DNA of 64,000 nt from Ascidiella aspersa (lineage: Eukaryota): contig OZ004611.1 in NCBI GenBank assembly GCA_963924565.1, forward strand, positions 19,654,001 to 19,718,000. Direction: 5' to 3'. Numbering within the stretch: the first letter of the stretch is position 1; every line of letters starts with the position of its first letter. Position numbers and translations under genes: made by a program. Below are positions 22,901 to 34,700 of this stretch, piece after piece. The notes under the pieces are model-generated. The model was not told the origin of the DNA. It searched no databases and saw only the letters and a list, made by a program, of their open reading frames with translations.

Positions 22901-25395
22901 GCACAGTCACGGACACTCTCACGGCCACAGTCACGGAGGCAGCAGCCACGATCACAATCACGATCACGAGGCCGGGAGCACGGCGAGCAGTGGAGAAGGT
23001 GAGAAACGTTGTTAATAAACCTAGATTAAAACAAAAATTGGTAAGGTCAAATGTCGTCGCAGTTTTATTTTATTGTTGTTGGTATATTCGAAATCTGTCA
23101 CGCTAGTTTTTAACTCAGTATCACGAGATTTTAAATATATATTGCTCATGTTAAAACCTTTGAATGTTAAACTTATTATTTATTTTTTAAAACAGAACCT
23201 GCTAATGGGTAGAAAGTGGTGAAATACAAGCCAGTATTTTTAATAGCTTCAGGAAAAGCTAAGATACGCGTTTCCGTACTAAATTAGACTTTACATCTGC
23301 AGCGTAGGCCTGGTGTTTTTTAGTCAATGCAAAGCGTAGTCAATCGCTTACATTCAGAACCTATAAAACTATTTTATAACGCAAGGGGTAATTTTCCACC
23401 AGCTGGTTCACGATTGAAGGACAGTAGACAATTTATTTCATGTGTTACATATAAACAGGGCACACACGTCAATGAGGGACAGCAGTGCATGGGCCCCAAC
23501 TTAAGTAGTTGCTTAACCTTAGGCACAGACTTCTTAAAAGCGTTGTGTTCTGTCTGCAGATGAAAGTTCCGGGAATGTGAACGTAAGAGCGGCATTTATT
23601 CACGTTATTGGCGATCTGATCCAGAGCCTTGGGGTCCTCGCTGCCGCTTTCATTATTTACTTTAAGGTGAGTTGTTACCTAATTGCAATGGGTATTCTGC
23701 CTCAGTTTACTAAACCAGCTTCTTGGCCGGAGTTCGGCTTGTCTTCTTCTGATTGTTTATTAAAGGAAGTAAAAACGTTGATATCCCAACGTTTGACAAT
23801 GTTTTCAGTTTTAATTCTATATAAATTGATAAGGATAGATTATAGCGCCTGGCTTTTGAGTAACACTGTTTTGCATTTTCATTAAATCCGTTATTATTTC
23901 GTATTTCAGCCCGAATACAAGATAGCCGATCCAATCTGCACCTTTCTCTTTTCCATACTCGTCCTTATAACAACGATAACGATATTACGCGACACGATTA
24001 TCGTTATTATGGAAGGTGAGACGTCTTTTGGTGTACCTGCTTTTATCAAGTATAATGCTATACCGAAGGTGTTTTCGTGATGTTGTTCCATGTTAATCAA
24101 AAATAATTCGCTTGGAATTATAATTATTCTATATTGTTTTGGCGACCTATTTAAGTCGCCTTCTGCAAATGTATGACAAATACACAAAGGATACACCTAC
24201 TGGAGAAGCTAGTTTTGTCTAATATTATACCTGGTAGCAACAGTTAATATATTGTTCCTTTTTTGCTGTGAGAAAAATTTGGCCGCAGAACACTGAAAAT
24301 GTTTAAATTTCGGACGTTCAGTGTTACTTCTATAAGGTTGAATATATTTAAATGTTAGGGTGCACTACAATTTTGTAGTTCTACATGTACAGCCTTGAAC
24401 AACATGCGATTATTTTTCTTTTTTTTGTTTAAAGTCAATCAATATGTAAAATAATGAAATAAAATTGTTACGCTATTTTGTCGGTGAAAATCAAGTTGTA
24501 TTTATAGACATCCTATTTCGTGGTTAACAGGTTCAAATATTGGCTTTTTAGCTCTGCGTTCAGCAATTTCGCTGAAATAATGGAGAGGTGATTTTGAAAC
24601 TATCTATAGTCCCCGTGTTTATGATCCGTATATTTTAAATTTCATTTAACCCTTGCTTTATTTAAGGCAAAATAACCTTTTTAACGAAACGTTTTTTTTG
24701 TTTATTTAGGCTCGCCTGTTGGGGTTGAGTACGAAGTTGTGAAGGAGAAGCTTCTAGAAATCGACGGAGTTACCGCCGTTCACGACCTGCGCATTTGGTC
24801 CCTGACGCTGAACCAAACTGTCATGTCGGCACATTTGGCAATAGGTAATCATATTTCGTGCATTTATAAGTGGACCCTAAAAATTAATAGAATTGGAAGC
24901 CGTCGCTTAGGTCCTTAGATTAATATTAATATAAGCTTTGTCTAAAACTGCGGCAACCAGTTTTAAAACTGCTTATTGAGTGAGATTGCGCGTTTGGTTT
25001 CGCCTATTCGCATTACATAATCAAGTTTTCAACATAACGCTGTAGTATATAAAAATCATGTTATATCTTGGTTTTCAACGTAGCCAGATATCACATCATA
25101 TTACGTGTGCTGCTGTATAGAGTCAAATACAATAAACACATATTAATTGTTCTTAGCGTACACACTATTCCTGTTAAACTGTATTGTAACCTGGCGGTAA
25201 TACACACCTGTAAAAATATCCTTCTCTGTCATAACTGTACCTCGCTGTATTTCAGACAAGGCCACGGATTCGAGTGTCGTTTTGAAGAAGGCTACAAGGA
25301 AGCTTAAGGGCCTTTACAACTTCCATTCATTGACGTTACAAGTTGAATACTATTCGCTCGACATGGACGACTGTAAAAAATGCAAGCCTGCCTAA
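10843..25395 (+). CDS. SLC30A2: Zinc transporter of the SLC30/CDF family, ZnT2/3/8 subfamily (SLC30A2-like); 10 coding exons: 10843-10949, 12598-13160, 15704-15856, 21383-21529, 22090-22243, 22859-22998, 23560-23666, 23910-24015, 24710-24844, 25256-25395; 583 aa
   Basis: Exons join in frame through GT-AG introns (1752 nt including TAA). Hallmarks: N-terminal HCH motif, TM2 [16 protein letters not shown], His-rich TM4-5 loop, [14 protein letters not shown] (TM5), [21 protein letters not shown] and a C-terminal CxxC. The symbol denotes the subfamily (pro-orthologue of SLC30A2/3/8), not strict 1:1 orthology. Confidence 0.93.
12258..12425. repeat. Tandem duplication, two copies of ~89 bp
   Basis: AAGTT..GCGGACTGG.AAAACTT..CTCCGGGTTTATT...GTTATTTTATAG twice. 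Confidence 0.8.
12598..13160 (+). CDS. SLC30A2: ZnT coding exon 2 (charged, low-complexity N-terminal extension ending in a His tract)
   Basis: GC-rich open frame (ORF 12590-13267), acceptor GCAG, donor G|GTAATT; phases fit exons 1 and 3. Confidence 0.85.
14290..14605. mobile_element. Non-autonomous hAT (Charlie-type) MITE
   Basis: TIRs CAGTGGTTCTTAACC / GGTTTCGAAACACTG; 8-bp TSD GCCTAGAT/GTCTAGAT fits the Charlie NTCTAGAN target preference. Confidence 0.8.
15342..15627. mobile_element. hAT-type MITE (same family as the 55034 copy)
   Basis: TIRs CAGGGGTTTTTTAAC / GTTTAAGAAACCCTG; internal GGACCACGGT..GACGTCATAAATT shared in reverse with 55260-55303. Confidence 0.75.
15704..15856 (+). CDS. 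SLC30A2: ZnT coding exon 3 (HCH motif, TM1)
   Basis: [15 protein letters not shown]...[19 protein letters not shown]; TTTAG acceptor, GTGGGT donor; absent from the ORF track. Confidence 0.92.
16061..16110 (-). ncRNA. Type I hammerhead ribozyme-like motif with (TA)n-expanded stem III
   Basis: Minus strand reads GATATA/CTGACGA/T/GCC-TTTGTT-GGT/GAAA/(TA)7/TATATC. Confidence 0.6.
16243..16284 (+). ncRNA. Minimal type I hammerhead ribozyme-like motif (stem II degenerate)
   Basis: GATATA/CTGACGA/T/GAA-TTTGTT-GGC/GAAA/TATA/TA/TATATC: 6-bp stem I, canonical core, 1-bp stem III with palindromic tetraloop. Confidence 0.55.
21383..21529 (+). CDS. SLC30A2: ZnT coding exon 4 (TM2)
   Basis: [20 protein letters not shown]...TFGWHRA. 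Confidence 0.95.
22090..22243 (+). CDS. SLC30A2: ZnT coding exon 5 (TM3-TM4)
   Basis: [27 protein letters not shown]...MAVGFNI. Confidence 0.95.
22489..22826. mobile_element. MITE with GACTT subrepeats in ZnT intron 5
   Basis: Perfect 13-bp TIR CAGTGTTGTAATG / CATTACAACACTG; internal GACTT(G/A) repeats. Confidence 0.75.
22859..22998 (+). CDS. SLC30A2: ZnT coding exon 6 (His-rich loop)
   Basis: [37 protein letters not shown]. Confidence 0.93.
23560..23666 (+). CDS. SLC30A2: ZnT coding exon 7 (TM5)
   Basis: [36 protein letters not shown]. Confidence 0.95.
23910..24015 (+). CDS. SLC30A2: ZnT coding exon 8 (TM6)
   Basis: [35 protein letters not shown]. Confidence 0.95.
24710..24844 (+). CDS. 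SLC30A2: ZnT coding exon 9 (C-terminal domain)
   Basis: [45 protein letters not shown]. Confidence 0.95.
25256..25395 (+). CDS. SLC30A2: ZnT last coding exon
   Basis: [49 protein letters not shown] at 25393-25395. Confidence 0.93.
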
Positions 25396-28300
25396 AGCTG
25401 TACAATAGCAGCAGCAGATGCAGCAGTCTGGCCTGCGTGACACTTTGGCAAGTGCCAAACGCGCGTGGCAACCTGCCGGTTCCACAATCCGTGATCGATG
25501 TGTCGGTGTTTTTAGTCAAGTTGCCTACAGGCGATTTATTTTGGTTCATGTCTTGCGAACTTTCTTTTTGAATTATTGCAAGTCTCGTAACTTGGCAGCT
25601 TTCGCCGTGCCCTTAACATGCGAATATTTATTTCGACAATTTCCCTCGAATCATGGTGTCTAATTTGTAATTATCCTCCGCCTATTTATTACTGGAAAGA
25701 AACTAATTTAGCTGTAATGAAATTTATGGCCAAAGCGAAAAAAAATTCAAGGCGAAAAATAAATCTATTATGTTGCAAATAGGTTCCCACACATCAGAAT
25801 TGGTGAATTTGTGCTATGGCAATACCGCAATTTCACTGCTAACGTTTTGTGAGCGTTTTGTCACTTTGTCGTCTTTTACAATTATATGCTGTCAAAAATG
25901 ACTGTAACTCTGTAACGATGTTTTCTTCGCTCAGTCGAATGCACTAAGCTGTTGATGTTGCCGTTGTTTGTCTCCGCCATATGTTTTTTATGATGCAGTT
26001 ATCGCTCACCCCAGATTCAAATCTCACTTTTAAAAAATTCGAAACCTTAGTAACTTTCAACTCTAACCTGCGATTTTATAGGTTGACCGCTGATCCTAAA
26101 TCCAACACAACTGTACAACAGTCGCATAATTATTCCGTTTCATATAATACCAATTTCTTTAAGTTGAAAATAGTTTATCTTTATATTATTGTACTCTCTT
26201 TCGTCTCTCTCCTAATCGTATTATTTATAACCCGTAAAAACTGTTTGTGCTGGTTTGTTTCTTGTTTCAAACAAGTGGCAAGTTAGGGGCAGGGGACCTT
26301 CTTTATTTCGTTCCTGGTGGAAAGTAACAGTTCACCCGATGCTTATCTTTAAACAGACCTAAATCACGAATATTGCCACAAATCACATAAGAACACTCTG
26401 TCTTGATTAATTCTTACCGCGATAACCCTATTGACAAGTCTATTGCAAGGTTATTATATTTAATTATAAAAAAATGTTGAGTCGAATTACCTATGAAAAA
26501 ACAAAACACCGATATTACAGTTCTTGTTTAAATGCGGAATAATTTCACTTGTACTTGCGCCTGCGTATCTTAAAACTGAATGTGATCTTTTTGGTACGCT
26601 GACCTTTCACATTGTATTTGGGATCTAGCCAGAACGCGCCATTTTAATCCATCTGTGAATTTTTTAACAACGTTATATGGTTTGGACCGTCTATAGGGTC
26701 ATGTACCGCATAACTGGGGCATGTACCGTTTTGTTTCTTTCTACGCAAAACGTCTACTTAATTTACTCTGTTATAAACTGGAACAAAATCTGCATCACCC
26801 CCATAAGCCATAGTGTTTAGGGTTTGGTGCGAAAGGTTGTTACCCGCTTACGAAATGACTAACATTTTACTAGAATACGTCTACAACACTTAGTCTATAA
26901 TCGGTGAAAAACCGTATAATGTTTCGTAAAAGGCTGTTTTTTAACTGGATTTAACGTTAGTGTCACAAAACAAATATTTTTTTAAATATGCATTACCGTA
27001 CGTAAGTTAGTTTTCACCCTACTGCTGACTTTCGTACGTTTCCGAATATTTTGTGATCGTCTTCCGCAACTGAAAACAAAGTACTTATTACTTTATCACC
27101 GAATGCTGTGCAATAAAAAGCAAATTGTTTGCTTTTTAGAATATACCGTTGTGTGGCTAATACAGCTCTAAAATGCTAAAAACAATATGCGTGTTGCTTT
27201 TCAAATACTTTAGTGCTACTCAAGTCACATTTTGTGAAAATTGAGATTTTGCCAGCAATGAATTTTATGGTTGTTAGTTATCCAATCACAGCGTTTGAAG
27301 TGTTGCGAAGAAATAGCTAAATAAAATGCTGTAGGAAAGATATTTGCCGATTTAACGTTTAACTGGGGTTGCCTTTGGCAGAAATCTTGTTAAATTAATT
27401 TAGTAAAGGAAAAATAAACCCTGAAGAATGGACTTGCAAAAATACTAAAGTGACCAGAGAGGCCGGTAGGGTCGACCCTAGGCTTAATTTAGCTGGAAAT
27501 CTACCTGTCAAAGCTTGCTTAGATAAGTTGATTTGCCACCCGAAGTACCCCCTACGAAAACCTACAAGAAAGCAAGAATGTAGATGAAGCTGTACAGTAC
27601 ACGAATACTAGTAAACAGCTGCTATTTTGTAACAGTTTGCAATGTTTTTATTTTGGTAGCCTATTTTCTTTACACGTTTTAGTTTACCGGTAGGCTACTA
27701 TGAATTTGCGTTTAAAACTACAGATAAGTAACGTTCACACGGTATGGCTAACAGTTTTCACTACGAATGACGTTAGCCATACTAAAAATGAAATGTGCTA
27801 AAAATAGCACAAAAAAATATTTTTTTCAAAAAAAAATTGAGTTAGGAGCAAAAAAGATATTTTCTTACTGTTTTATAGTTTTTTCAAAGCTGATATATTG
27901 GTAAAAAAGCTAATCAAGTCTAGTATTTTGTTAAAAGATACTACTTAATTCCACCCCTTTTATTCCAAACATAGCCTATATAGGCTACGTTTTTAGTTTC
28001 TTTTAAATAAACAAAAATATTATTAGCTAGAAACTAGTGAGTGCCCGTAAGTACTGCAATGTCATAAATCGAAGAAGATTTTAAACCAATCTCGCCAAAA
28101 ATTATTCACATCAGCTTTACAAATCTTTACATTGATTAGGCTTTTGAGGTATATTATGTGATTTTCTAGTTTTTAAACTCAGGTCTTTAATCATATTACA
28201 CTTTTTTTGCTTTTATTATACAAATTTAAATATATGCCCTTAGATAGGACACTTTATACAACTCGTTTGCAATGAAATCTTCTATCGTTTGGTATAATAA

Positions 28301-28869
28301 ATAAACTCGTTAAGAAAAATTTTCAATTATTTATTTGCTTCCTTGTTCTTTTGCTAAATCAAAATCCCCGACCCTTACTTCATCACTAACCTCCTAATAA
28401 TTTAAACCTCAATCCAATTTCTAACCAAACCTATTACCAGCCCCTAACCCTAAAACAACCCAGTGACAAAACAGCGGCGCCCGTTAAACCAAGGCGCCCA
28501 TGTTTAGAACTTATTCCGACAGGTTTAGGTCTTATTCAGACGATTTCAAATCTTATTCAGTCGTGGTTATTACTGGTATTTGGCTTTATTCGCTCATTGG
28601 CCTTATGGTAATATAGATTTTTCTGCTTTATATATTGGTGGTCTTATTGTATCTTTCCCTTCGCTCAATATGATTTAAAAACTTAAAATATATTGTACTG
28701 ACCTCTTGCAAATATACATTGCTTTCGCCAAGGGGTCCGCGGACACCAGTTTGTAATCTATTGTTTTTTAATAAAAGTCTGTTGGTGTTACACTTTGATT
28801 TTAACTTTTTGTGCTGTTTTACTGGTCGTCGTAAGAATCAGAAAGATAGTTACTTCTTACTTGTCTTCC

Positions 28870-29338
28870 TAGCCCAGATTTTGACAACTAGATAATTCTA
28901 GTTTTCTAATTCAATGAACAAAAATGCACAATGCGGCTAATTCTAATTCTAATCTAATTTTTGAATTTCTTGTGTGCACTAATTCTAGTTCTTATCTAAT
29001 TCGGATTTTAACAAAAATGCTACTTTGTCCAAGGGCATTTTTAGTATCTTAGTCAAAACAAACAATTTAACTCTTTGGTTGGAACGTAATTTTCACAGTC
29101 TGAAAAGCACATGCTATGCCGAAAGGCATCAAAATTAGCACACATATATTTACCATTCGCATTCTTATTAGAACACTTCTCGATTTAGTAATCAAATGTA
29201 ATTCTAGTTTAAATTCGTTTTTTGTTTACAGAATTCGGTAATTCTAATTATCTAATTAGAGAGAAAAAAATGATCTAATTTTAATTCTAATCTAATTTTA
29301 AAACGCTAAAATCAAACTAGTTCTCCAAGTATGCCCTG
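28870..29338. mobile_element. Degenerate MITE-like element with AATTCTA subrepeats
   Basis: Multiple AATTCTAATTCTAATCTAATT/AATTCTAG units; imperfect terminal inverted repeats ending in AACTAG. Confidence 0.45.
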
Positions 29339-31473
29339 GCACTTCAGAAGAGTAAGAGCAGAAAATGCGCTCGAAAAATTCAGTGTAATAGAGCAATAAA
29401 TAATAATCAAAACAAACATAATCGCGATTCGTCACAAAAAAGCGAGAAGGTGTGGATAGGAAAGAGACGTACAGTTGAACTTGACAAAGAACGTTAGCGG
29501 GTCAGCGAGATAATATGTACAGATATAAGGGAAAAAGATGTCTTCTGCCACAAAATATGTGTGTATATCGATGTTAAAGCATAACGGAATCAGTTGCTAT
29601 TCGCCTCCTATTTCCGGAAACAAAACTGGAATAGAAGTGTAGACGGCAGTATTTATTTTATTGTCCAGTAACTTTACCATTGCGTTAATTTCCAATTCGT
29701 ACATAGCGGCTATTTTGAGAGTGAAACTGATTATCTGTGTAACGACGATGCTCACAAAACTATAACATACAGAAGAGTTGCTCATGCGACCAGATGTTTT
29801 AATCGGCGTTTTTTAGCTAAAAATAGAACAGTTAAAAAGGATATTCGAAAGCGTAACGGTCGCTATTGCAAAGAACAAAATGTACGAGTTTAAGAGTTCA
29901 ACGTTAAGGCGAAACAGCCAGAAGCGGCCGCCTTGCTAACTGTCCAGCGCTAGAACAGGAATGTCGCGTAACGTACTTGAGCAGACGCAATTTGGCAAAG
30001 GGTTTTAATAAAAAGAGAGAGTAAAAAACAGCCTGCGATTGGCCGATGGTGGATCGAGCGTCTATTAAACAAATAGCACAGCGCACTTGATTTTTGTCGC
30101 GATGAAAATATGCTATACAGCGTCGCTTAAACACTCGGACTCATTTGGGAAGCAGACATAGGTAAAATGAGCGCAAATATTTATCAGAAATAAACAAACA
30201 AATAAACATCAAGAAAACGTCGTTCGCAACAGGGGACGATCGACACCGCCTAATCCTGAAAACTGTCTGCCAAAAATACAAAAGCGATTTTAATAAGGAG
30301 TCCAAAAAAACATTCGACCTCTGTAGTTTGGACTATTATAGCTAACGTTGGTCCAGACATACGTATTTACGATAACCGTTTCTTTATCACACTTAGCTGT
30401 ATCTAAAAAAGACTGGCGTTGTCAAGGCGATTTTAAATCACTTTATAGATTTTAAAATGGAACTTGCTCGACTAAAAAAACTAAAAATCGGTGCGCTGTA
30501 CCGATTTTTTGCATGTACCGCAGCCAAGTAGTGTTAAGCACGTTACCATCGTACGCCGAGCCCCTGTGCAGCTTTGAATGGTAATTCTTAAAGTTCGAAC
30601 TGTCGTTGTTTTTGACGCGCAAGGCAGTGTGATATATGTTTGAATGTTGCGTGCTGTGGTGTTTGGCAAAATTCGGCTGTGCCAAGACAACTTGCGATTA
30701 TACGAGCGAAACCACGCGATGCACGAATCCATTTTTTAACTGCAGGACGCGCAATCAAATTAAAACAGCATGGATTACTCTATGAAGTGACAATTAAAAG
30801 AAAACGGCCCAGAAAATAGGCATTACTGTACTGTACTATATTTACGCAAACGTTCGCAATGCATTAACAATCGGTTGCGATTTTTGTTAAAGCGTAGGTT
30901 TTCCAATCTGTTTGAAAATACTGTCATAAAAGCGTTCGTCAGTGCAAATTAGGAGCTTTACATAGGGGGTTAAGTGCTGCAATGGAAATACACGCGCAAA
31001 AGAGAAAAAGACGACTTGTTAAAGCACCGTGCAATTTAAAAAAACAAGTATAGAGTGCAATAAAAGCAATATTTCTTCACGGATTGGCACCGCAGAAAAC
31101 TTGTTGTCACGCAATTGCGCGCCTACTTACAGCGTAAAACTCAGCACCGCAAATAAAGGGCTTTCTATGAAGGAAGGCAATTCTCCGCACAACACAAATA
31201 AAATGCTCTCACTTTCAGCCAACTTTTTTTTAAACGTATCAGGTCTGAAACAAATCCTTAATATTTAAAAGAAAATTAAACCCTCCGACAAAAAAGAAAT
31301 ACAAAATCCGCTGCAATCTGTGTGTTTCAAGGCTTGTGTATTCCGGGACAGGCACACCGATTTCTGACCACCAATGCAGACCAGCATAGAACAACACCGT
31401 TTCAAAGTGAGCACAACAGACCAATACCAAGAGCAACACTTGGGGGTTGCATTTACCAACTTGGGGGTCGCAT

Positions 31474-31766
31474 TTACCAGCGGCCGCTCTGACTCACAAT
31501 TCCCTTGCCGCCGCTTAACAATCGACTGGAAGACAAGCTGCCATGAGAGGGATTTTCCCTGACGCGAGAACGGCTGCTAGGCATGATAGGGGCTTCCCCG
31601 GCAGAAGAACCCGACTCAAGCAGGCCGCTGAGCTTCTGGTGGAGCAGCATGTTGCCGGCGCGCTGTTGGGGCGGTGCCAATGGCGCCCGAGTTAGGCCCG
31701 GGGCGCCCGGAGCGGCGTTCAGGGCGTTGACGCCGCCGTAGAGAAGCCCGCGGTTCTTCTTTAGTT
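31474..31766 (-). CDS. BICC1: BICC1 last coding exon
   Basis: ELKKNRGLL...IVSQSGRW*; same terminal SGRW as vertebrate BICC1. Confidence 0.93.
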
Positions 31767-34700
31767 CTGCGTTGTGATAATGCAAAAGAGAAGCGTTAGG
31801 TTATGACGCGAAGCACCAAGTTATGCACTGAGTGATGGATTTTTCTTTTTTTTACAGGATTTTATTTCTTGATGCAAAGGTCTGCATATGTGATGTTAAG
31901 TTTTATCTTGATATAACCCAGTCGTTCGCAAACTTTTTTAGCTTGCGGCAGACTAAAAAAATCCTAAATATTTCGCGGCACACTTTTAACAGAACAACAA
32001 TAGAGTATTTTTACAATCGCCCATAACACACAACAAACTAAATGTTAATGTCTCAATATTATAAATTTGTAATGGATAGTGCGTATTTAAGTCTTAAATG
32101 CTTGCGTGTATGCCTATTTGTAATGCACATAACTTTCTTTTTTCAAAATTTACAAATTTCTGCGGCACACTTGACAATCTCTTGTGGCAATAGTGTGCCG
32201 CGGCACGCAGTTTGGGAATCATTGATATAACATATACCCAATTTTATACAGAGGACGCATCGGGCATAAACCAATGTCCATTACCTTCGATTGCAAGAAG
32301 TATTTTCCTCCTCGGTCCAAACACCGTGATGCCCAACTCTGTTAAATCCGACTCAGTCAAGGTAAGGAAAGTCTGTAAGTCAACCTGGATAAAGAAATGC
32401 CAAATTCGTTAGATTGGCTCAAAAGTCCCACAAACGCAAAAGGCATGACATTGGCAGCTGGAAACTCGTGCTGTTAACTCGTGTAAAAAGAGTATAAAAT
32501 GTTTATCGCGTTGTATGTAGTTTCAGTTCCTGTTTGACACAATCAAAGCACACACTTTTTTTAATTTGGCAATTAGAATTGATTAATTTGAAAATGGCAA
32601 AATAAACAACACCAAACTTTGGAGCATAATGGTTGGAGGTTGTAGTAAGACGTAATAAGAATATCAAAGCCCATACAGAAGTAGGTATCATTTTGGACGT
32701 TTCGAATAACTCTTTATTCATAAACAACACCAAGGATTGCAAATAGAGAAGAGTTTCACAGCCAATGGATAATAACCAAAATGTTAGCCCATGAATAATA
32801 ACCAAAATGTTAGCCCATGGATAAATAACGAAAAAGGTTGCTGTTTCATTTAAAAAAAGTTAGGTGGCCGATTAATTCGACTTCATTATTTTACATGGTT
32901 TACATTAATTAGAATTGATTGTAAGCAAGATTACTGCAAAATTTAGACAACAGCGGGATTAATTCGATGATGTGTACAATCAAATCGATTGATGCTCTTG
33001 TCTGATTTGTGCTTTTGTTTAACTGATTAAAAATATTTTTTTTAAAAAGCTTTTTAGCAAATGTTAAAACTAACGTTAAAAAGCATTAAGGTAGAGGAAG
33101 CTTTGTAAAGTAAAATTGATAAAGTTTCGAATTGGCAATTTTTGTTTTTTGTTTATATTTTTTATACCGAACAAAATATATTTTACATCTTTGTCAAATT
33201 GTATTTCAACCAAGCATAAAAAATACTTTACGGTTCCGTACCTCGAAGTTTGAAAAGGTAAAATTAATGAAGTTTAGAATTGGCAATTATGTTTTTTTGT
33301 TTGCAGTTTAAATGAAAAAAAAATTTTTTTTTTTACATTTTTGTCAAATAATGGCAATTTCTGCTTTTTGTCTACAGTTTTTATGATAAAAAAAGTGATT
33401 TTTACATTTTTGTCAAATTGTATTTCAACTACGGAGCATAAAAAAAAGCCTTGTCGATTAGGTATATACCTCTTGCTTGGCGAAGACCTCGCTGTACTTT
33501 CCGAGGTTCAGGTGTTTCAGCAAATCGTGTAGGTCGACGCAGTTCGGTCCGCCTAGGTGGTTGTCAGTGAGCAGGGACAATGCTGCCTCCAGTGGCTGGT
33601 TCTTGAGGCCAGGCGCCGGGGATTTCCCGGCGTCACCGTCCCGGTATTGGGGCGGGGGGCTGGGGTCGTCGTTGGGGTGAGGGGGCGTGGGAATACTGCG
33701 GTTGATGTACTCGTAGGGGTCGACTGAAAAATGAAGGAGGGTAATTACTTTGAGAAGTTAAAAAATATATAATGTGATAAAATTAAAATGTTGGCTGCAC
33801 TAAAATTCTTGCTTTTATTTAACTAAAAAAACATTCTAGTTATAGAACATTAGTTTTTTTCCTAAATGTAACATACTATCTTTTCAGACCAGTTTTATTT
33901 ATTATATTTTATTAAAGTTTTGTGCTTTTTTTAATAAATTAAGCATTTTGCAGAAAAACATTTGTTTTTGTTAAATTTAGGGTTTCTAGAAAACGTTCAA
34001 ACATTTTTATTTATAACCGATACATGCACGGAGTTAAGCAATTTAAAAACGCAGACACCATCTCGCAACGTATCGGATAGCCACCAATATCGCCTTAACG
34101 TTATACAACGTACCACACTGAAAAATGAAGAGTGGTAAATATGTGAAACATTAAAAATATTTTCTGTAATAAAATTAAAATGTAAGCTGCACTGAAATAC
34201 TTGTTTCCATTAAATTAAAAAAGGCGTTCTTGAAATCAATTAAAAGAACAATAATTTTTTCCCCTAAATATAGCAATACATGCGCACAACGTGTCAGGTA
34301 GGCCTTAATATCTCCTTACTATCAAACAAAGAACCATACTTTAAATTAATATCGGCTGCGAGCTGATCCTGCAATCAAAAAACGTTAATACTCACAAGTG
34401 GAATGCTGTCTTCGTTTGGGCGGCAGAGAGTCGCCGAGGTCTGTCACCTGCGAGTGTAAGCTGTGCGAGAGGTTCTGTCGCTCCCGCCACGAAACCAGCG
34501 CCGAACCGCCTCGACTCGAGTTGGCCAGGTTTTGGCTCAGTGCCAGCTGGTTGGCCGCCGCGGCCGTCACCGCGTCAGGGCCTTCCCCTTCCTCGAAACT
34601 CCCGGAGTCTTCGCGCTAAAAAAGAAGCAATGTTGTGTTGTTTGAGTGCATGGGCTCCTAAGCAAAGCTTTGTACAACATTGACAGTGAATAAAAAGACA

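Noticed and set aside
23196-23208. Possible ZnT micro-exon (ACAG|...|GT)
   Set aside because: 13 nt would shift the frame and read-through meets TAG; exons 6 and 7 already join in frame.
25216-25223. ATATCCTT resembling a U12 (AT-AC) donor
   Set aside because: Lies inside an ordinary GT-AG intron with no matching exon boundary or U12 branch site.
29400-31473. Search for a GACGUGAC-type Bicc1 target motif in the BicC 3'UTR (autoregulation)
   Set aside because: Only a partial match (GCGUGAC near 31087) seen; insufficient.
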